Virus record (IMG/VR): IMGVR_UViG_3300022602_000038 | Coordinates: 64,001 to 128,000 of that record | DNA from: a virus | Reading direction: 5' to 3' (one strand) | DNA length: 64,000 bases | Shown here: one piece after another, positions 47,393-57,106 of the stretch | Layout of the letters: the number at the start of each line of letters is the position of its first letter | Numbering within the stretch: position 1 is the first letter of the stretch | Translations under genes and position numbers: made by a program | Notes under the pieces: generated by a model | Told to the model about the DNA's origin: nothing | Seen by the model: the letters and a program-made list of their open reading frames with translations, nothing else | The model's database searches: none

Positions 47393-47717
47393 GTTTGTTT
47401 TTAATATATGTTTCAGATTTATTATTAATACCGTATTTTACAAGATAACTTATTATAACCTCAATTGAGTCGGTTTTCAACTTAAATTTTTCAGGTATAA
47501 ATTGACCTCCATCATATATTTCAAAATATGTGTCTCCAAACATAGATTGATCGTTTACATAGCAAGTGCAAAGAATCGATGCATTGCCTGGATCAATCAT
47601 TACTGTCCAGTTACGAGGATCTGTTTCACTGTACTCGTCAAAGAGTTTATACACTACATAACCTGAGTCTTTGAGTCTCTTAATAAAGTAGCTTTGAGTT
47701 GTAATTTTATTAGCCAT
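47385..47717 (-). CDS. Hypothetical protein
   Basis: Overlapping start/stop with neighbours. Confidence 0.65.
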   Translation of the reverse strand: MANKITTQSYFIKRLKDSGYVVYKLFDEYSETDPRNWTVMIDPGNASILCTCYVNDQSMFGDTYFEIYDGGQFIPEKFKLKTDSIEVIISYLVKYGINNKSETYIKNKHD

Positions 47718-48451
47718 TATTTTACTAATCCTGAGATAATAAATTTAAATTCAGACTCTTCTGTAGGTTTAACGTAAAACACCATTACTTTAGTTTTAAG
47801 ATTAATACCTACTCTAGCTTTATTAAAACGTATACCTGATAGAGTTCTAAAAACATCTAACGTAAAAGGTAATACTTGAGGTAATGGTTGACCTTCTATT
47901 TTATTAGATATTTTAAGGTTAATACTGTCGGTATTACTCTTTTCTTTATCTCCTAGCTCACAATATACTCCGTCTGTTTGACCGTAAATGTAAATCTTAT
48001 TAGTGTCCGTAGTAAATGAACTTACTTTAAAGATTTCTTGTAATTTCTTATGTTCTATATCAAAATAGGAATCCAACACTAAAGCATCGATTTTTTCTTG
48101 TTTTACGGATGTCTTAGGTACTATAGCATCATCAATAAAGTGAAATTTAAACTGAATAGAAGATGACCTATAAACAAGATTATTACTGTTAATAGTAAAA
48201 GTTACATCTTCTTCTTCAATACAATCAATAACTCGTAGTAACTTCTTAATATCCCCAATATTAAGGGATTGCTCGGTATCTACGTTAAAAGGGTAACTGT
48301 ATTTACCTAAAACAAGTACTCCTGTTTCTGGTTTATTACATATTACACTTAAACCGTTTTTATTTACTTTTACAGAAGCTACATCTACTACTTTACCTAT
48401 TACACTTAAGAAGTTGTCCGTAAAATCTTTTTTAGCCAGCTTGAGTTCCAT
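47717..48451 (-). CDS. DNA sliding clamp (gp45/PCNA-like)
   Basis: 244 aa, two repeated alpha/beta domains typical of a clamp; located in the replisome block. Confidence 0.6.
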   Translation of the reverse strand: MELKLAKKDFTDNFLSVIGKVVDVASVKVNKNGLSVICNKPETGVLVLGKYSYPFNVDTEQSLNIGDIKKLLRVIDCIEEEDVTFTINSNNLVYRSSSIQFKFHFIDDAIVPKTSVKQEKIDALVLDSYFDIEHKKLQEIFKVSSFTTDTNKIYIYGQTDGVYCELGDKEKSNTDSINLKISNKIEGQPLPQVLPFTLDVFRTLSGIRFNKARVGINLKTKVMVFYVKPTEESEFKFIISGLVK

Positions 48452-49067
48452 TTGTTACTTTCGGTTTTTTTTTATTATTGTTATCAGCTAAAGCGTTAAC
48501 TTTATCTGTTAATATGTTAACCGAGTTTTGTAATTTATCAATAGCATTTATAATATCTTCATAACGAGTTTGTTTATTTAAATCAAACTCCATTTGATTA
48601 GGGTCATTATATGGTTGAGGAGTAGTAGTAAAAAGTTCAGGTTGCACTTCTGGAGCAACTACAAAAGGTGCTGGTTGTTGAGGTGCAGATGGTACAAAAA
48701 GTTGTGGGCTCGGTTGAGCGTATTGTTGAGGTATAGGTTGTGCTTGTACTGGAGCAGGTCTAGGTGGCTGGCTTTGTTGAGGTACCATACCAGCAGCTTT
48801 AGCGAGTTGAGATGGCATTAATTGAGCCATATTAACATCGGTTATATTTAAATTACCTCCAACAGCTGCTTTCTTAATATCTGTTATATTGTTCTGTACA
48901 AGCTTACCTAACATAGCTGCAGCAATCATTTGTTCTTGGGTAAGACCATTAGGTGCAGTAGCTATTCTAGCTGCTTCTTCATTAGACATAGCAGGAACAG
49001 CAGACCGCTGTTGAGCGGCCTGCTGACGTGCTTGTAATATTTGCTGTCTTCTTTGTTCTTCAGTCAT
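48432..49067 (-). CDS. Gln/Pro-rich hypothetical protein with coiled coil
   Basis: Low-complexity; contains 'QMEFDL', a clamp-binding-like motif. Confidence 0.6.
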   Translation of the reverse strand: MTEEQRRQQILQARQQAAQQRSAVPAMSNEEAARIATAPNGLTQEQMIAAAMLGKLVQNNITDIKKAAVGGNLNITDVNMAQLMPSQLAKAAGMVPQQSQPPRPAPVQAQPIPQQYAQPSPQLFVPSAPQQPAPFVVAPEVQPELFTTTPQPYNDPNQMEFDLNKQTRYEDIINAIDKLQNSVNILTDKVNALADNNNKKKPKVTNGTQAG

Positions 49068-49072
49068 TAGGA

Positions 49073-49993
49073 TTATAGATCATCAAGTCCGTCTAGAATT
49101 GATTTCACTTTATCATCATTTACAGAAACTTCATCAGAAGCAACTTCTACAGCTTGCTTAACTACAGGCTTTACTGAAGAGGATTTTGGTGTATCGTATG
49201 GTACATCGTCATCATTATCAACAGGTGCCGTTTGCTTAGGAGCTGCTGCATCTTTACCGAAGTAATTGATATTTAAGAATTCTTCGATTTCTGCTGCTGT
49301 ATTATGAGTTAAGAAGGAGTTTAAATCATGTACACTGTTTAGAACTTCTTCAGCCTTACTGTCATCTAAACCTTCAATAGGGCTAGGGTTTAAGAACTTT
49401 GATGCTACATATGTTGGGTATTTAACAGGCGCACCTGGCTTATCAGAAACTAGTTCTGCTTTAATACGTAAGTTACAACCGTTAGGGCTTAAATCAAAGA
49501 TTTTAGCTCCAAATTCAGCAGAATCATCTCCATTAATTGCTGATTCAATAATCTTGTTAAGTTGACGACCGTAACGTAAGATTTTAACTGTGCCGTTATT
49601 TTCAGGATTCTTAGGATCTTGAATAACATATACATTAACATACCAGTTTTCTTTGATACGGATATTAGCTTTTGCGCGAGCAATATCTTCTTCACTGCCG
49701 TCTCTTAAAGTCTTAAAATATAACTCACTAATCGGGCAACGTTCACCCCATGTTTTTGGTGAAATGATATTTACATACTTACCATTAACTACATTATTCC
49801 AACCGTGATGGTAGTAGTGTAAAAATGTTTCTGCAGGTTTATTCTTATTAGGTAAAAGCCTTACTAAAACAGTAGAAGGAGCATCAATAGAAAGAATTTC
49901 CTTATAGCTAGGACCACCATTAGTTTTTGTCTTCGAGTTTTCTAAAGCACTTTTAATGCTTTCAAACATACTTGCGTTGAATGTAGTTTTCAT
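49073..49993 (-). CDS. Single-stranded DNA-binding protein (gp32-like)
   Basis: 'VRLLP', 'CPI', 'YVNVYVI.DP.NPENNG.VKI..YG', 'FDL...G.N', acidic tail 'ILDGLDDL'. Confidence 0.9.
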   Translation of the reverse strand: MKTTFNASMFESIKSALENSKTKTNGGPSYKEILSIDAPSTVLVRLLPNKNKPAETFLHYYHHGWNNVVNGKYVNIISPKTWGERCPISELYFKTLRDGSEEDIARAKANIRIKENWYVNVYVIQDPKNPENNGTVKILRYGRQLNKIIESAINGDDSAEFGAKIFDLSPNGCNLRIKAELVSDKPGAPVKYPTYVASKFLNPSPIEGLDDSKAEEVLNSVHDLNSFLTHNTAAEIEEFLNINYFGKDAAAPKQTAPVDNDDDVPYDTPKSSSVKPVVKQAVEVASDEVSVNDDKVKSILDGLDDL

Positions 49994-49994
49994 A

Positions 49995-50645
49995 TTAATT
50001 AATTTTATTAGTTTTGGTTATTTTAGTTATTAGTTGTATGCCCTTATCAATAATGTCTTTTGCTTTAACAGATGCGTTTAATCTCATTTTATATTTTGCA
50101 ATGTTATTAACAGCACCTTTTAAATAAATTTCTTTATCTTGAAGGGTAAATAAGTTTAGGTTAGTTTCAAAGAAAGGCAACTTGATCAATACATAAATGT
50201 TGATTAAACCGTTAGCATAATCAACAAACGGAGTAGATACATATCCGCTATTACTTTGACAGTATTGTTCTAATGTTATTTTATTGTTCACACAGTACGT
50301 GCCTATATATTTTAAAGTCTTTTTAATATCGTTTATTTGATCTTCTGTATCCGGGGATTCTTCTTTTCTTTGTTTTAAAAGATTATTGTATACTGCAATT
50401 GCTTTTTGAGTGGTGTAAAAATTTAAAGGGAAGTACGTTTCATCTTTATATATAATGTAAGGAGCTTGAAAGAAATCGTAAGGAGATATCTGCGGTAGTT
50501 TTTTAAAAAACAGTTCCAATCTCTTACAAATTACTCCTTCCGGTGTACTTTCAAAAGTACTAAAATCCTTTCGAGGCCTCCACGGAGCATTTTGCGCTCG
50601 TTTAGCAGTACCCAACCAAGCATTATATATTTCTGGTACGTTCAT
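49995..50645 (-). CDS. Hypothetical protein, gp59 helicase-loader candidate by position and size
   Basis: 216 aa directly upstream of gp32-like gene; no motif confirmed. Confidence 0.4.
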   Translation of the reverse strand: MNVPEIYNAWLGTAKRAQNAPWRPRKDFSTFESTPEGVICKRLELFFKKLPQISPYDFFQAPYIIYKDETYFPLNFYTTQKAIAVYNNLLKQRKEESPDTEDQINDIKKTLKYIGTYCVNNKITLEQYCQSNSGYVSTPFVDYANGLINIYVLIKLPFFETNLNLFTLQDKEIYLKGAVNNIAKYKMRLNASVKAKDIIDKGIQLITKITKTNKIN

Positions 50646-50654
50646 TTAGGTGTC

Positions 50655-50951
50655 TCATGATTTTAACACCTCTCTCACAACTTTGCTACGGCATAAGTTA
50701 GGATTATACCGTAAAAATAGCAATAACGCTTCTCTTTCACTATCTAATTGTACCATTCTCATAAAGATCTTTTTATAGACCTTATTTTTAACAATCAATG
50801 AAAAAATTGTAACACTATTAAGTTTTTTATTATGTATAATAGAACAGAAAGAACTAAACTTAATCAATTCAAACTCTATCTCTTCATCCGTTAAAGAACT
50901 TAGCGGGTTATTAATAACTGCATCTTGTAAGGCACCAATTACACCGGACAT
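50655..50951 (-). CDS. Hypothetical protein
   Basis: 98 aa, translationally coupled to the DHH gene. Confidence 0.55.
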   Translation of the reverse strand: MSGVIGALQDAVINNPLSSLTDEEIEFELIKFSSFCSIIHNKKLNSVTIFSLIVKNKVYKKIFMRMVQLDSEREALLLFLRYNPNLCRSKVVREVLKS

Positions 50952-51862
50952 TACACTACTGAGGTTAATTGTTTAGTGAATTCCATGAATGCGTCGGTAA
51001 CCTTACCGCCTGCAGCATATTCATGTCCACCGCCTTCACAAAGCTTAGCTGATAGCTTTGAAAGATCTATTGTACAGTTCTTATTTTTTCTAAAAGAAAC
51101 GTGAGAATTGTTAGGGTTAATAAAAAATACTATATCTGAACTATGTTCTTTAATCAAATAATCACAAATTTCGTTAACAAACTTGCTTCCCATTGTACCG
51201 GTAACTTTCCAGGGTGTTTTGTTGAGATTTACAGTACCTGAAAATATTTGTAAGTTTTTTATGGTTAAATCTCTATTTGTTATATGATCTTTAATTAGAT
51301 TTTTTTCCATTTGGGTAAACTGATCAAAACCATTATAAAATCTCTCTAAAAACTTATGTGAACGAGTCTTGTCTAATGTACGCTGCGTGTTAGTATACAA
51401 ACAATTTAAGTTGTAAGTTTCTTTATGCTTAAATTGATAACTGTCATAATCATCTGCTAACACTATAAACTGCCTTTGCTCAGGGGTTAATGTTAATTTA
51501 TCTTTAAAATGATTATATACTAGCTTTGCACATGAACTCGTTACAGTAATATTTGTTTTTGCGTTTTTATACTGACTCTTTACTTTTTCATGAGTAGAAT
51601 GATGATCAATTATAATTGATTTCGGGTTATCAATTAAGTCAATACAGTTGCCAGTATCTAAATCTAAAAAATAAACAGCATCGTAATTATTGATACTATC
51701 AGTTTCAGCCCATTTTAAAAACTCTTTTCTAAAATTAGTAACAGTTACGCCTTTGAAAGGTATAGTGCCTGGTTTTGCATTTAACGCCCAATGCAGAGCA
51801 ATTAGACTTGCAGTTCCGTCTAAATCTATATCTGTAAAAACGTATATATTGTTACTACTCAC
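50951..51862 (-). CDS. DHH/DHHA1 phosphoesterase
   Basis: 'D.DLDG', 'LD', 'IIDHH', 'SFR', 'GGGH.YAAG'. Confidence 0.9.
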   Translation of the reverse strand: MSSNNIYVFTDIDLDGTASLIALHWALNAKPGTIPFKGVTVTNFRKEFLKWAETDSINNYDAVYFLDLDTGNCIDLIDNPKSIIIDHHSTHEKVKSQYKNAKTNITVTSSCAKLVYNHFKDKLTLTPEQRQFIVLADDYDSYQFKHKETYNLNCLYTNTQRTLDKTRSHKFLERFYNGFDQFTQMEKNLIKDHITNRDLTIKNLQIFSGTVNLNKTPWKVTGTMGSKFVNEICDYLIKEHSSDIVFFINPNNSHVSFRKNKNCTIDLSKLSAKLCEGGGHEYAAGGKVTDAFMEFTKQLTSVV

Positions 51863-51875
51863 TATTCTATTTAAC

Positions 51876-53240
51876 TTATTTGCTTATATTTTCCAGTTTT
51901 TTTTCCAAATCATAAGCTATATCGGCATTTTTATCTTTTTTATATGATGTTAATCCGATATAATCACTTTCTTCTGTGAGTGTCAAGGTGTTATAATCAA
52001 TTTTCATTGAAGTTGCACCGTGTTTAGGTCCTAAACGGTTTTTTATACCACCTACCTTAATATATCCTAATTCCCTGTCCTCTTCTTCTTGATGTATAGA
52101 CCAAACTACATCTGCAGTCATTGCAACACCAAAGGATTCAGATATTGTATCTAAACTAGGCGATTCCATACCTTCTCTATTAGTTTGAATTGCACTTACA
52201 ATAGGTATATTAAAAAAATATGTTAATGCTCTTAATTCTTCTGAATTTGCTTTGCCTTGTTCATAAGAATTTTCACCCACACTTGGTTTAAGTAGTCCAA
52301 GATAGTCTATCACGAGTATATCCGGTTTTATCCCCTTTTTAATGAGAGACTCAATATAGCTCTTAATACCAGATACTGTAGTACTTTTAGGCGGAAATTC
52401 CTTAATGATTAACTTGTGTTTTCTTTGTTCTACTACTCCCTTTAAATACGTTTCCAACGAATCAATATTAGTTTGAAGATCTTTCATTGGAATTTTAGAA
52501 AGGTGGCTACTAATTCTCTTAGCATACATAATTTCAGGCATTTCTAAAGTAATAAGAACTGTTGTAAGTCCTTTTTCAGCCATATTACTTGCAACATTAC
52601 CTAAAAATATACTTTTACCGACGTTAGTAGGTCCAAGAAATAAATAAAGTGCTCTTCCGTTTTTAGATAAACCACCGCCAATATTTGAATCAATAAAATC
52701 CCAACCGGTAGGTATTACTTCATTGTGTGCACCTAGCTCTTTAATAACCCTCTGGTAATCTCCATAAAAGTCTAAACCTATATCACTTACTAAACTAATA
52801 TTACAAGCTTTTTCAAATATAGTTAAAAACTTACTATAATCGGCTTTATCATTTGTAACGTCATCTACAATTTTAAGAACTGCAGAGTGTACAGCTCTTT
52901 CTTTAAAGAATACTTCTGTGTTACTAATAAGTTCATTTATGTCTCCAGTTTCTATTTGTTTATAGAAACTAAACGTTTCCTTTATTAGTTTTATGTCTTC
53001 TTCTTTGTTAAGATATGTTCTTATTTCAGTAGTAGTCGGTAACGTGTTTCTCTTTGCGTAGAAATCCTTTATTATACTGATTACTAACTTATTACCAGGT
53101 TGCTTGAAGTTTTCTGGTGTTAAATAATTGAACACTAAAGAAGTATAGTAAGAGTTTGTAAGTGCATTACATGCTACTATACTTTCAAAGTATTCAGTAT
53201 TAACTTGAAGTTTGTTCTTCATATCTTTATTATAACTCAT
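51876..53240 (-). CDS. Replicative helicase (gp41/DnaB-like)
   Basis: 'GPTNVGKS', 'ITLEM', 'IKEFPP', 'VIDYL', 'SAIQTNR', 'KNR.G'. Confidence 0.95.
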   Translation of the reverse strand: MSYNKDMKNKLQVNTEYFESIVACNALTNSYYTSLVFNYLTPENFKQPGNKLVISIIKDFYAKRNTLPTTTEIRTYLNKEEDIKLIKETFSFYKQIETGDINELISNTEVFFKERAVHSAVLKIVDDVTNDKADYSKFLTIFEKACNISLVSDIGLDFYGDYQRVIKELGAHNEVIPTGWDFIDSNIGGGLSKNGRALYLFLGPTNVGKSIFLGNVASNMAEKGLTTVLITLEMPEIMYAKRISSHLSKIPMKDLQTNIDSLETYLKGVVEQRKHKLIIKEFPPKSTTVSGIKSYIESLIKKGIKPDILVIDYLGLLKPSVGENSYEQGKANSEELRALTYFFNIPIVSAIQTNREGMESPSLDTISESFGVAMTADVVWSIHQEEEDRELGYIKVGGIKNRLGPKHGATSMKIDYNTLTLTEESDYIGLTSYKKDKNADIAYDLEKKLENISK

Positions 53241-53245
53241 ATTAT

Positions 53246-53277
53246 AAAAAAAGCTAAGGTTGCCCTTAGCTTTTTTT
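53246..53277. terminator. Bidirectional terminator
   Basis: aaaaaaagctaagg-ttgc-ccttagcttttttt. Confidence 0.88.
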
Positions 53278-53280
53278 GTT

Positions 53281-54420
53281 TTATTCTGTAGTTTCTTCTA
53301 ACGGTTCGTCAGGCACTACATCTAACGCCCCACCATACCGTACCTTTTCTTTAAGAGTTTCTTCTAAAGCTGGTATAACCTTCTTTTCCCAAAACTCTGT
53401 ATCGTTTTCCCAAGTTTTAGCATAACCGATCTTTTCACCGTTAAATTGAAAAGTAGAACCGGTTTGCTGAATTACACCGAATGCAACTGCCATATCTTTA
53501 AGACCTGCATAACGACTTAATCCTGTACGGAAATTGTTATACAGTTCTGCCTTTAAGAAAGGAGGTGCAAAACGGTTTTTTACAGTCATAGCCGAAAGTG
53601 TAACACCACTTACATTATGAGCTACCGCGATTGCTTCTTCACCTTCGTTTTTATCAATCTTCTCGTTTCGAGTCGCAAGCTGTACCAACAAAGAAGCAAG
53701 ATAAATAGGGCCACTACCACCGGATTGTTTTTTAACCAATTCAGGATATAAGGATGTCGGGTTGTCATAAATGTGATTAGTGAACAAAATAGGCACACGA
53801 GCTTTAGCTGCTTTAAACGTAAGTGCACGCATCATGGACTTCATAGCTTTAGCTTTTGTACCCATATCTGCTGCATCCTTACCTTCAGTAACATCTCGAA
53901 GCTCTTTAGCACTTGCTAAATTACCAAGACTATCAATAGCAATGATAACCTTTAGATCAGGATCATTAGCTGCAATAATTTTATCTAAGAATGTAGCGAT
54001 TTGATTACGACAATCTTCTACTGTTTCAACAGGATAATACTTAAGACGTTTAGGGTCAACGCCTACTCCTTCTGCAGATTGCCTATCTACAGCTGCTTCT
54101 GTGTCCCATACAGCTGCAAAATAACCTTTCTTTTGTGCATTAGCAATGATCTTATTAACAATGAGTGTCTTACCTGCACCGGAAGGACCGGAGAAACCAG
54201 TAACCCTACCAACAGGAATACCCTTATATAAAGATCCAGAAAAAATAGCATTAAGCGCATAAGAACCTGTATCAATCCAGTCACCTACAATAGATAATGA
54301 ATTATCCTCAGAAAGCATAGATGCATCTGTATTAAGTGCATCTACTGCTTCAAAGATATCTTTTAACGAAGAAACCTTAGTCTCTTCGTTATTGTTTTCT
54401 GTACGTGGTTTACGTGCCAT
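53281..54420 (-). CDS. uvsX: RecA/UvsX recombinase
   Basis: 'IDTGSYALN', 'GPSGAGKT', 'DTE', 'IDSLGNL', 'TNH.Y', 'KNRFAPPF'. Confidence 0.93.
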   Translation of the reverse strand: MARKPRTENNNEETKVSSLKDIFEAVDALNTDASMLSEDNSLSIVGDWIDTGSYALNAIFSGSLYKGIPVGRVTGFSGPSGAGKTLIVNKIIANAQKKGYFAAVWDTEAAVDRQSAEGVGVDPKRLKYYPVETVEDCRNQIATFLDKIIAANDPDLKVIIAIDSLGNLASAKELRDVTEGKDAADMGTKAKAMKSMMRALTFKAAKARVPILFTNHIYDNPTSLYPELVKKQSGGSGPIYLASLLVQLATRNEKIDKNEGEEAIAVAHNVSGVTLSAMTVKNRFAPPFLKAELYNNFRTGLSRYAGLKDMAVAFGVIQQTGSTFQFNGEKIGYAKTWENDTEFWEKKVIPALEETLKEKVRYGGALDVVPDEPLEETTE

Positions 54421-54425
54421 ATAGA

Positions 54426-54770
54426 TTAGCTTTTGTCGTCAGCGTCAAAAAGCTTAATAGTAGGAGCTGCTGTATCAGCAGGCTTAAACATTTCTATGTA
54501 TTGTGCAACAAGATTTGCTTCTAGTTCAATATTTGAAGCAATAGCTACATTTTCTAAACTATAAGTCCAGTTTGGTGCAACGTCTCTGTTCTTTAAGAAT
54601 TCCCTAAAAAGTAGAGGGTAGAGCTGTACTTGTAATTTCTTTTCATTAGTAGGAGCTACGTTTAAGATAGCTGGCTTAGTAATGGTTAAGGTAGTATCAG
54701 TCTGTTCTACTAAGGTAGCAACAATAGTGCGTTGAATATTATCAAGAAAAACAATAATTTTTGGTTCCAT
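54426..54770 (-). CDS. Hypothetical protein (Sm-like small beta protein)
   Basis: 114 aa; own promoter-like upstream sequence. Confidence 0.6.
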   Translation of the reverse strand: MEPKIIVFLDNIQRTIVATLVEQTDTTLTITKPAILNVAPTNEKKLQVQLYPLLFREFLKNRDVAPNWTYSLENVAIASNIELEANLVAQYIEMFKPADTAAPTIKLFDADDKS

Positions 54771-54806
54771 AAAGTTATATTATATGATATTTTAATTTAA
54801 TCAAGG

Positions 54807-55733
54807 TTATTGACGAGGAAATTTATGATAAAGAGCTTTAGGATTAACTAAATTACTATCCAATAAATCTTTGTGAGATGCTCTAGTAGGTACAATATCC
54901 CAACCGCCACGACGAGCGTAAAAACATGTTACTAAAAGCTCTTGTGGTTCTAGTAAGTCCCAAAGACGCTTATAAGCGGCTTCGCAAATTTCTTCATGAA
55001 AATGGCACTCATTACGTAATGAAACAACCCATTCAAGTAAAGAATTTTCGTTGACTGCTTTATTCCCTTTATAATAGATATAAATGTCTCCGGAATCTGG
55101 CTGCTTGGTGATCTTACAATTAGAACGTAAAAGAGAGCTCATATAATGACCCTCTACAGTACCTACTGATTTATTATTAATTTTTAATAAATCTGGTGTT
55201 TCGTTAAACACTGTAAATTTAAGCTTTTCTGCTTTAGGTATATTTTCAAGTACGGTCCAACCATAAGGTTCTTCAGTATTATATACATCAAAGAGTCTAT
55301 TATCAAAATGTTCTTTACTCAGTAATTGAGAGAACAGTTCTACCTTTACATTCGTTTCAAGTAATAAAGAAAGGTCCTTCTCTGCTGTCTTTTTAATGTT
55401 CTTAAGTACTTGAGCACTGGTTTTACCCATATGCTGCATATTAAATGAATTCCAGTAAAGTTTCATTGATTTAGATTCTACAATGAAATCATTTGTACAA
55501 GGATATACTACTTTTGCAACACAAGTAACAGGCAAGCCTTTATCTGTTAATGCACTACATTCATAGCCGTTCCAAATATCATAACCTACAAACGGTAGGT
55601 CTTTATTCTTAAGATCGAGGTACGTACGATTGCGTTGACGTTCTTCTCGAACCAATATTTCAGGTGTATAAGTAGTTGGAGAATCTACTCTTTGTCCAAG
55701 TACTTTGTCAATATTATTAGTGTTATAGCTCAT
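54807..55733 (-). CDS. queF: NADPH-dependent preQ0 reductase QueF (bimodular)
   Basis: 'D.WNGYECS.L', 'ESKSMKLY' QueF motif, 'LRSNC.IT.QPD', 'FHEE..E', 'Y.RRGG.DI'. Confidence 0.93.
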   Translation of the reverse strand: MSYNTNNIDKVLGQRVDSPTTYTPEILVREERQRNRTYLDLKNKDLPFVGYDIWNGYECSALTDKGLPVTCVAKVVYPCTNDFIVESKSMKLYWNSFNMQHMGKTSAQVLKNIKKTAEKDLSLLLETNVKVELFSQLLSKEHFDNRLFDVYNTEEPYGWTVLENIPKAEKLKFTVFNETPDLLKINNKSVGTVEGHYMSSLLRSNCKITKQPDSGDIYIYYKGNKAVNENSLLEWVVSLRNECHFHEEICEAAYKRLWDLLEPQELLVTCFYARRGGWDIVPTRASHKDLLDSNLVNPKALYHKFPRQ

Positions 55734-56298
55734 TTGTAAAATCTTTTTGTATTTCAGTAATTACTTTGTTAACTCTTTCTTCAACAGTACCCATCACATA
55801 AACAAGTTTATCTGTAGGCATTGAGTGATGTTTGATATAAAAATCAAATTGTTTTACCACTCCATCAAAAAACTCTCTACCTGTACTTCTTTCCCCATCG
55901 TCTTTTAAATCAAGTTCAGGTACAATATAGAAAATCTTATCATAGGTCTTTATTAATTGTTCATAGATGCTTAGGGCAGCTTGATATATCTCCTTGTTAA
56001 TTTGACCCTTTTCATAAAAATATGAAGTGTAGGATATACCATCTAAAGCACCTCTATCTAATACCCAGTTACCTGGAGTTAAAGCAAATTCTAAGTGTCT
56101 AGCCATCACCAAGTATTGCGTTAAAGATGTACCTCCTTCATTAATAGGTACATTTAAATCTTTTAAACCTCTAGTTAAATTAGTTCTAAATGAAAAATGA
56201 TTGTCGTCTAAAAACAATTCATTCTTTAGAGCTTTTACTAAAGTAGTTTTACCTTGTGAATGAGCGCCACATATAGCAGCTTTATAATTAGTTCTCAT
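55723..56298 (-). CDS. P-loop nucleotide kinase (AAA_28/dNMP-kinase-like)
   Basis: 'GAHSQGKTT', 'LDRG..D', 'YD.IFY', 'DDGER'. Confidence 0.8.
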   Translation of the reverse strand: MRTNYKAAICGAHSQGKTTLVKALKNELFLDDNHFSFRTNLTRGLKDLNVPINEGGTSLTQYLVMARHLEFALTPGNWVLDRGALDGISYTSYFYEKGQINKEIYQAALSIYEQLIKTYDKIFYIVPELDLKDDGERSTGREFFDGVVKQFDFYIKHHSMPTDKLVYVMGTVEERVNKVITEIQKDFTNEL

Positions 56299-56879
56299 AG
56301 TTTATTATTTAATATTTTATTCTTCATAAACGCAACCCAATTATTAATTGCAAGTTTATGTAAATCCTCAATAAATAAATCCAAACTTTTAAAATCCGTA
56401 TACAAATCTTCTGTTTTAAAACTTGTCTCTGAAACGACCCTACCAGCATCTACTTCTGGTATAACTTCATGAATAACATGTCCATGTACATTATACTTTT
56501 TTGTGGGGTATGTTTGCCACACTTTAGCTTGTGGATCTTTACCTTTTAATTCAGGAAATTTAGTAATAAGACCAGGGTGACCGTTATATATTTTAAATTT
56601 ACTGCATATCTCTGGTGGTACAATACGAAGAAACCCGTGTAATGTAATTATATCAGTAAATTTAATAGCTTCTCTATATTCTTGTACAGTTGGCTTTTTA
56701 GGTATAAAAATAAAACGATCAAAACATCTTTCAAGAAATTTTGGGTTAATTTTATCTAAATCTTCAAAGCTTTTATTAGTAATAATTGCATCTGGAAATC
56801 GCCCTATCTTTGTAGATAGTTCATATATCTCAGAACCACTCTGAGAAAAAAATGCTTTCCAGATTATATTGCGTTTCAT
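56295..56879 (-). CDS. PurN-like formyltransferase (DpdN candidate)
   Basis: 'FSQSGS', 'LHGFLRI', 'YNGHPGL', 'H.V..EVDAG' (catalytic Asn-His-Asp). Confidence 0.85.
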   Translation of the reverse strand: MKRNIIWKAFFSQSGSEIYELSTKIGRFPDAIITNKSFEDLDKINPKFLERCFDRFIFIPKKPTVQEYREAIKFTDIITLHGFLRIVPPEICSKFKIYNGHPGLITKFPELKGKDPQAKVWQTYPTKKYNVHGHVIHEVIPEVDAGRVVSETSFKTEDLYTDFKSLDLFIEDLHKLAINNWVAFMKNKILNNKL

Positions 56880-57106
56880 ATATTTAAGCGAAACCCTATT
56901 GTATTATCACTAAAAAAAATTACAAGGGTAAAATCAACAATACCGTGTTTTATTAGGTAAGGTTTAACATCAGATAGTTCTTTTACTGGGAGTTCACAAT
57001 TACGAATACAATCCCAAAAATAATAATTCCGAACAGAAACATTATCTGCCAAGAGGTGGGGGTAATTTGCATGAACAGAATTAGTTATAGCTTCTAAAGT
57101 TGTCAT
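56876..57106 (-). CDS. Hypothetical protein within the modification cassette
   Basis: ATGA overlaps on both sides. Confidence 0.65.
   Translation of the reverse strand: MTTLEAITNSVHANYPHLLADNVSVRNYYFWDCIRNCELPVKELSDVKPYLIKHGIVDFTLVIFFSDNTIGFRLNI

Noticed and set aside
56295-56879. Ordinary purN auxiliary metabolic gene
   Set aside because: No other purine-pathway genes; it is coupled to queF and a TGT-like gene, which favours base formylation.
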